NCBI GenBank assembly: GCA_003223645.1
Contig: QHVT01000014.1
Span: forward strand, 38,264-102,263
DNA: 64,000 nt
Direction of reading: 5' to 3'
DNA from: Acidobacteriota bacterium
Lineage (GTDB): Bacteria; Acidobacteriota; Thermoanaerobaculia; Gp7-AA8
Position numbers and translations under genes: made by a program. The notes under the pieces were generated by a model. That model had not been told where the DNA came from, ran no database searches, and saw only the letters and a program-made list of their open reading frames with translations. Shown here in pieces: positions 59,521-64,000 of the stretch. The stretch's first letter is position 1. Every line of letters begins with the position of its first letter.

Positions 59521-60399
59521 ATGAATTCAAAACAGATCAACGACTTTCTCGATCACTTCACGCATCTCCTCACCCGCGGCGATGTCACGAGCATCGACGT
59601 CCGCGCGAAAAGCACCGGAGGGAAACGCACCGATCAACTCGCGCTGGTCGTCGGCGTGGTGCGGAAACGGCCGCCGACCGAGCTCGCCGCGGACGTGTTG
59701 ATTCCGCCGCGCGTGGAAGCGAACGGCGTCGAGTTGCCGACGGACGTGTTCGAGGAAGGCGAGCTGCGATTTGCGGTGGCGGAAGGCGGCGGTAAGGTCG
59801 CGACGGTCGGACTGAAGCGGGCAGGCTCTCTCGGAGTCAACATCAATTATCAGGGCGCGTACAACCTTCTCAGCTGCGCCCACGTGCTGACCGCGTTCGA
59901 TCCGGGCTTCATCGGCAAGATGATCCAGTACGCCGACGAGCCGGGGATGAAGTTCACGGATCTCGTGCCGGTCAGCGGGCAGCAGCCGGTCACGTTCTAC
60001 GAGAGCTCCACTCAGAAGAATCCGGTGCTGAACACGTCTGACGTCGCTTGGGGAAACATCACTCCGGCCCTCGGTTCGCCCAGCATCAAAGCCATTGGAG
60101 TACCGGCCGGCATCCGGGCAGCGGTGGTCAATGAAGCCGTGCAAATCTACGGTGGAGAGAGCCAGTCGTTGGAAAAGACGAAGGTGCTGAGCACGACTGG
60201 GCGAGTGACGGTGCGGTCCGTCTACTCGGACGACAGCACGATCTATTCGTTCTGGCAGAACGCGATCTCGCTGGATGCGACGACGGCGGTGTTCATGGCC
60301 GGCGATTCCGGATCGGCGGTCGTGGCGACATCGGACCAAAAAGTGATCGGTCTGCTGTTCAACATCGGATTGTTCACGATCTACGCGTGTCCGCTGTAG
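59521..60399 (+). CDS. Cytoplasmic trypsin/chymotrypsin-fold serine protease-like protein with a ~100-aa N-terminal domain
   Basis: 292 aa with no signal peptide. Candidate triad LLSCAHV (His), NTSDVAW (Asp), MAGDSGSAV (Ser). Confidence 0.6.
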   Translation: MNSKQINDFLDHFTHLLTRGDVTSIDVRAKSTGGKRTDQLALVVGVVRKRPPTELAADVLIPPRVEANGVELPTDVFEEGELRFAVAEGGGKVATVGLKRAGSLGVNINYQGAYNLLSCAHVLTAFDPGFIGKMIQYADEPGMKFTDLVPVSGQQPVTFYESSTQKNPVLNTSDVAWGNITPALGSPSIKAIGVPAGIRAAVVNEAVQIYGGESQSLEKTKVLSTTGRVTVRSVYSDDSTIYSFWQNAISLDATTAVFMAGDSGSAVVATSDQKVIGLLFNIGLFTIYACPL

Positions 60400-61833
60400 T
60401 CAGCGTTTCTTCAGCGCCGCCAACCGCGACTTCGCCTGCTCGTTGTCGGACGCGATCTTCAGCACGTCCTCGTAGCACGTCTGCGCGCGCGTGATCAGGC
60501 CTTCGGCGCGATAGAGGTCGCCGAGCGAGATCAGCGCGTCGGTGTTGTTCGGATCGGCGGCGAGCGCTTTTTGAAAACTCTCCGCGGCCTCGCGGCGCCA
60601 CTTCGGATTGCGCTCCTGGCACGATCCGAGGAGCACCCACGCCTCGGCGTGATCGGGGAGGAAGTTCACGGTCTGCTTGAGCAGGACGATCGCGCCGTAG
60701 TAGTCGCCCGCCGTCGCGAGCTCTTTCGCTTTCGTGAAGTTCTGCGTCGCGATCATCTGCTGCGTCAGCCGCTGGTGGATCGCCGCCTCGCTACCGCGGC
60801 CCTGCGCGTGCAGCAGTTTGTCATACACGGCGCGGCGGTTCGGATCGCGAAGCAGGTCGCTCGCTTCCTCGATGCGGCGGTTGATCGCGCGTATGGTGTC
60901 CTGCAGCGCCGCCGGGTACGTCGTCGCATCGAAGCGCTTCCGCATCAAGTCGCTCTGGCTGATCACCTGCGCGCGCGTCGCGGCACGCGGGATGTCGAGC
61001 ACCTGGTAGTGATCGAGTAACGGCAGCTGCTTCGAATACGCGACCGTGCGCAATGAGCGTTGGTCGTCCGGACCGATCGCCGCGAGGAGCATGAGATCGC
61101 GCTGCATCTCGTCGTAGTCCGAGGGCTGCGGCGCGCGCCGTTCGAAGACGTGATACACGCCGAGGGACAGCATCGCGATGACGACTTTCGCGACGATCGC
61201 CGACTCCGATGGAAAATGTTTGAGAAATGTCTCGATCATCATCGGCTCGTGCAGCGCCGCCGCGACCTCGCGCTCGTGATCGCTCATCGGCAGCGCGTCG
61301 ATGCGGAAGCGGGCGTCGCGATCGATCTCGATCTCGCGCTTGAGATCGCCGAGCGAGCGACGGAGCACGAGCCCGTTCGTGATCGCGCGGATGCCGTCGA
61401 GGAACAGCGACGCGGTCGACGACACGAACACGCGCTTCTCCGGCGGCAGCGGCTCGTCGTCTTCGAACGCGGCCGTCCCTTCGTCGAGTGAAAACAGCGG
61501 TGTGAACTGCGCCCCCAGCCACTCGCGCATCAGCGTCTGCCGCGTCGAGAGGTCGAGCAGACTCGACTCGTGCATCTTCGCGACGGCTTCGTTCGCGTCC
61601 GCGCCGAACAAATCACGCGCGCGCTCGGCGGAGACGACTCCGCGCTGCACGAGAAAGTATGCGAGCGAGTCTTCCGGCTCGGGCGATGCAGCGAGGACCA
61701 GCTCGCCCTGCGCCCAATACAGCACGCGCTTGAGCGGAGGCTTGACCACGGTGAGCGAGCCGCTTCGCCGCTGCTGCAACACATCGCCCGCAATGACCGC
61801 GAACGGTGTGATCTCGATCCGCTCCAAACTCAC
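60400..61833 (-). CDS. DUF4388-like N-terminus + degenerate J-like segment + C-terminal TPR repeats
   Basis: GSLTVVKPPLKRVLYWAQGELVLAAS (DUF4388/PATAN-like). HYQVLDIPRAATRAQV without HPD. TPRs (AWVLLGSC..., ALISLGDLY...). GTG start. Confidence 0.7.
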   Translation of the reverse strand: MSLERIEITPFAVIAGDVLQQRRSGSLTVVKPPLKRVLYWAQGELVLAASPEPEDSLAYFLVQRGVVSAERARDLFGADANEAVAKMHESSLLDLSTRQTLMREWLGAQFTPLFSLDEGTAAFEDDEPLPPEKRVFVSSTASLFLDGIRAITNGLVLRRSLGDLKREIEIDRDARFRIDALPMSDHEREVAAALHEPMMIETFLKHFPSESAIVAKVVIAMLSLGVYHVFERRAPQPSDYDEMQRDLMLLAAIGPDDQRSLRTVAYSKQLPLLDHYQVLDIPRAATRAQVISQSDLMRKRFDATTYPAALQDTIRAINRRIEEASDLLRDPNRRAVYDKLLHAQGRGSEAAIHQRLTQQMIATQNFTKAKELATAGDYYGAIVLLKQTVNFLPDHAEAWVLLGSCQERNPKWRREAAESFQKALAADPNNTDALISLGDLYRAEGLITRAQTCYEDVLKIASDNEQAKSRLAALKKR

Positions 61834-61950
61834 GCGCGATCCACTTCCCGGGAACGGGGACCTGCCTTCACCGTCTTGACGGTGCTTTTAGCACAGTTCA
61901 AGCCGAAGGCGCGCTCTACCGGATGTCCGATGGCGGATGGGCGGCGCAAC

Positions 61951-61966
61951 TGGCACGTTTCGGGCT
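61951..61966 (+). promoter_or_regulatory. Candidate sigma54 (-24/-12) promoter upstream of the TPR gene
   Basis: TGGCACGTTTCGGGCT has a perfect -24 TGGCACG and a GG-N10-GC frame. The -12 reads GGGCT rather than TTGCW. It lies about 55 nt upstream of ATG 62021. Confidence 0.25.
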
Positions 61967-62020
61967 CTAACCGACAGAGAATTTCGGCGGAGGCTGCCGT
62001 AGTTGAGGCTGTTTGCAGGT

Positions 62021-63937
62021 ATGAAGACGATGATGAGGTACGGTTGGGTGCTCGCGGCGCTTCTCTCGTTCGGCGCTGCAGCGTTGGCCCAGGACTTTCC
62101 GAGCGAGCCTTACGATTTTCTGTCCGCCAAGTTGGCCGCCGAGGAAGGGCGATACGACGAGGCGCTGGACAAGATCAACGCTGTCATTGCGAAGAATCCC
62201 AAAGATCCGGTGCTGCTCTACGAGCGCGCGATGATGCTGATCGATGCGGGACGCATCGATCGCGCGGAGCAGGAGCTGCGCACGATCGCGACGAACACTC
62301 CCGACTTCTACGACGCGCAGCGGATCCTCGGACGTCTCCTCCTCGATCGCGCCGGCGGCGACCGCGCGCGCGTTGACGAGGCGCTCAAGCATCTGCAGGC
62401 CGCGTACAAACTGAATCCCGACGATCTGATGGCAGGACTCGCGGTCGCGCAGATTTTCATGTCGACCGACCGGCTTGCCGAGGCCGAGCGCGTGCTCGCG
62501 GCGATGGTCGAGCGGATGCCCGATCAGCGGTCGCTCAACTACAGCTACGCGCAGGTCCTGACGAAACTCGGGCGCGGCGCCGAGGCGAAGCCGTACCTCG
62601 AGCGCACCATCACCGCCGATCCGAATTACGGGCCGGCGATCATGCAGTTGATCGAGATCTATCAGCAGGAAAACGAATGGCACAAAGCGGCGGAGCTGCT
62701 GCAGCCGCTGATCGACGAAGATCCGCTGAATGCCGACCTGCAACGCCAGCAGGGATTCTTCTACCTGCGCGCCGGCGACGCGCGCAAAGCAGCCGATCGT
62801 TTCAAAGTGCTGGTCGGCGCCGATCCGAAAGACTCGCGCGCGCGATATTTCCTTGCGGAAGCGCTCAACGATCTCGAAGAGTATGCGGACGCGGAGAAGC
62901 TCTACCGCCAGCAGCTTGTCGAGAATCCCGATGATCCGGAGCTGCTCTCGAGCTTCGGCCTGAGTCTCGTCGGACAGAAAAAGTGGGACGAGGCGTCCGC
63001 GACGTTCAACCAGCTCCTCACGCACAGCGATCTCTCCGAGCCGCTGACCGCGCTGGCGCGCACGCAGCTCGCGAACATCGACCTGCAGAAGGGCAACTAC
63101 GACAAGGCGATCGAGAACGCCAGGTCGATCTTCATCTTCCGCGACAAACCGAACACGCAGGCGATCAACATCGCGCTCGAAGCGATGAAGAAACAGAACC
63201 GCAAACCCGAGGACGCGCTCGCGCTGCTGCAGCCGCTCGTCGCGAAATTCGGGACCGATCCGTTCGTGAATGCGCGCTACATCGAAGCGCTCATCCGCGC
63301 GGGGAAGAAAGACGAAGCCGCGAAGAACGCCGCGCAGCAGTCGAAGCTCGGCACGCGCAACGTGATCACGACGGCCGAGGCGTACGTTGCGGCAGGGGAT
63401 TCGGCGTCGGCGGTTGCGCTGATGAAGAGCGCGGCCGCGGCGAAGCCAGATGAAATCGACCTGCAGTTCGAGCTCGGCTCGGTGCAGGACCGCTCCGGCG
63501 ATCGCGCGGGCGCGGAGAAGACGTTCCTGTCCGTGCTCGCGAAGAACGAGAACCACGCGCCGACGCTCAATTACCTCGGATACATGTGGGCGGAGAACGG
63601 CGTGCACCTCGAAGAAGCGCACGAGATGCTGACGCGCGCGGTCGGACAGGAGCCGGACAATGGCGCGTACATCGACTCGCTGGGCTGGGTCTACTTCCGC
63701 CTCGGCAAGCTCGATCTCGCGGAGAAGTATCTGACCGACGCGACGCGTCTCCTGCCGAACGATCCGACGGTGCACGAGCACCTCGGCGACGTGCTGGCGA
63801 AGCGCGGCAACACCGCGAAGGCGCTCGAGTCGTACAAGACGGCGCTCAATCTCGAGCCGGAGGCGAAGGAAGTCGATTCGCTGCGCTCGAAGATCGCCGA
63901 GATCGAGCGGAAGTCGTCGCACGCGACCGAGCGATGA
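62021..63937 (+). CDS. Secreted multi-TPR repeat protein
   Basis: ORF 62003..63937, start ATG 62021. MKTMMRYGWVLAALLSFGAAALAQ is a signal peptide. More than 10 TPR-like units. Confidence 0.85.
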   Translation: MKTMMRYGWVLAALLSFGAAALAQDFPSEPYDFLSAKLAAEEGRYDEALDKINAVIAKNPKDPVLLYERAMMLIDAGRIDRAEQELRTIATNTPDFYDAQRILGRLLLDRAGGDRARVDEALKHLQAAYKLNPDDLMAGLAVAQIFMSTDRLAEAERVLAAMVERMPDQRSLNYSYAQVLTKLGRGAEAKPYLERTITADPNYGPAIMQLIEIYQQENEWHKAAELLQPLIDEDPLNADLQRQQGFFYLRAGDARKAADRFKVLVGADPKDSRARYFLAEALNDLEEYADAEKLYRQQLVENPDDPELLSSFGLSLVGQKKWDEASATFNQLLTHSDLSEPLTALARTQLANIDLQKGNYDKAIENARSIFIFRDKPNTQAINIALEAMKKQNRKPEDALALLQPLVAKFGTDPFVNARYIEALIRAGKKDEAAKNAAQQSKLGTRNVITTAEAYVAAGDSASAVALMKSAAAAKPDEIDLQFELGSVQDRSGDRAGAEKTFLSVLAKNENHAPTLNYLGYMWAENGVHLEEAHEMLTRAVGQEPDNGAYIDSLGWVYFRLGKLDLAEKYLTDATRLLPNDPTVHEHLGDVLAKRGNTAKALESYKTALNLEPEAKEVDSLRSKIAEIERKSSHATER

Positions 63938-64000
63938 GACGCAGCATCGCGCTGATCGCGCTCCTGGCGGTCGTCGCCTGCCGCACCGGACGTCCGGCGG
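63934..64000 (+). CDS. Lipoprotein, 5' fragment cut by the window edge
   Basis: My own translation gives MRRSIALIALLAVVACRTGRPA (lipobox LAVVAC). ATGA overlap with the TPR gene stop. Confidence 0.5.
   Translation, partial: MRRSIALIALLAVVACRTGRPA

Noticed and set aside
1-64000. tRNA, rRNA, tmRNA, RNase P, SRP RNA, IS elements, integrases, prophage or known defence-system genes
   Set aside because: Every intergenic gap over 60 nt was inspected and is accounted for by palindromic or tandem repeats or by the AT-rich leader. No cloverleaf-like or rRNA-like sequence and no transposase/integrase-like ORF was seen. This was a manual scan only, so tRNAscan-SE, Infernal and ISfinder should confirm it.

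Overview
High-GC chromosomal segment, G+C roughly two-thirds by eye. It is most likely from an Acidobacteriota genome, because the 24188..25891 protein has the N-terminal module typical of the 'VWFA-related acidobacterial domain'. I support about 62 protein-coding genes. I recognised no rRNA, tRNA, CRISPR array, transposase or integrase. Gene content, in order: (i) Glycan locus 1 (1..7623): ABC-2 exporter fragment, SDR epimerase, GT2, gmd, GT4, AsnB-type amidotransferase, WecA-like priming transferase. (ii) ETF-QO, then a MoxR / DUF58 / transglutaminase operon. (iii) pdxJ, an L,D-transpeptidase, an ABC-F ATPase, cinA, and vapB with a truncated vapC. (iv) A minus-strand lipid/isoprenoid cluster: VWA, truA, uppS, cdsA, dxr, rseP. 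(v) dapF followed by glycan locus 2 (26958..36289): membrane protein, GT-C-like protein, GT2, GT4, GT2, GT2, GT4, WbaP-like priming transferase. (vi) A PLP decarboxylase, recQ, rnd, trxB, an M23 peptidase, dCMP deaminase, tsaB-rimI. (vii) A LolE-like permease with lipoproteins, selA, plsC, alkA-ogt, a LysR regulator, korAB, an orphan trypsin-fold protein, and TPR proteins. The unusual part of the window is non-genic. Nearly every intergenic spacer is filled by a palindromic or hairpin repeat, and these fall into at least nine sequence families. Five copies lie in frame inside coding sequences. A ~112-bp element occurs three times at gene 3' ends. One convergent gap holds an array of about 19-20 tandem 21-bp units. 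Repeat coordinates were read by eye and are good to within a few nt.
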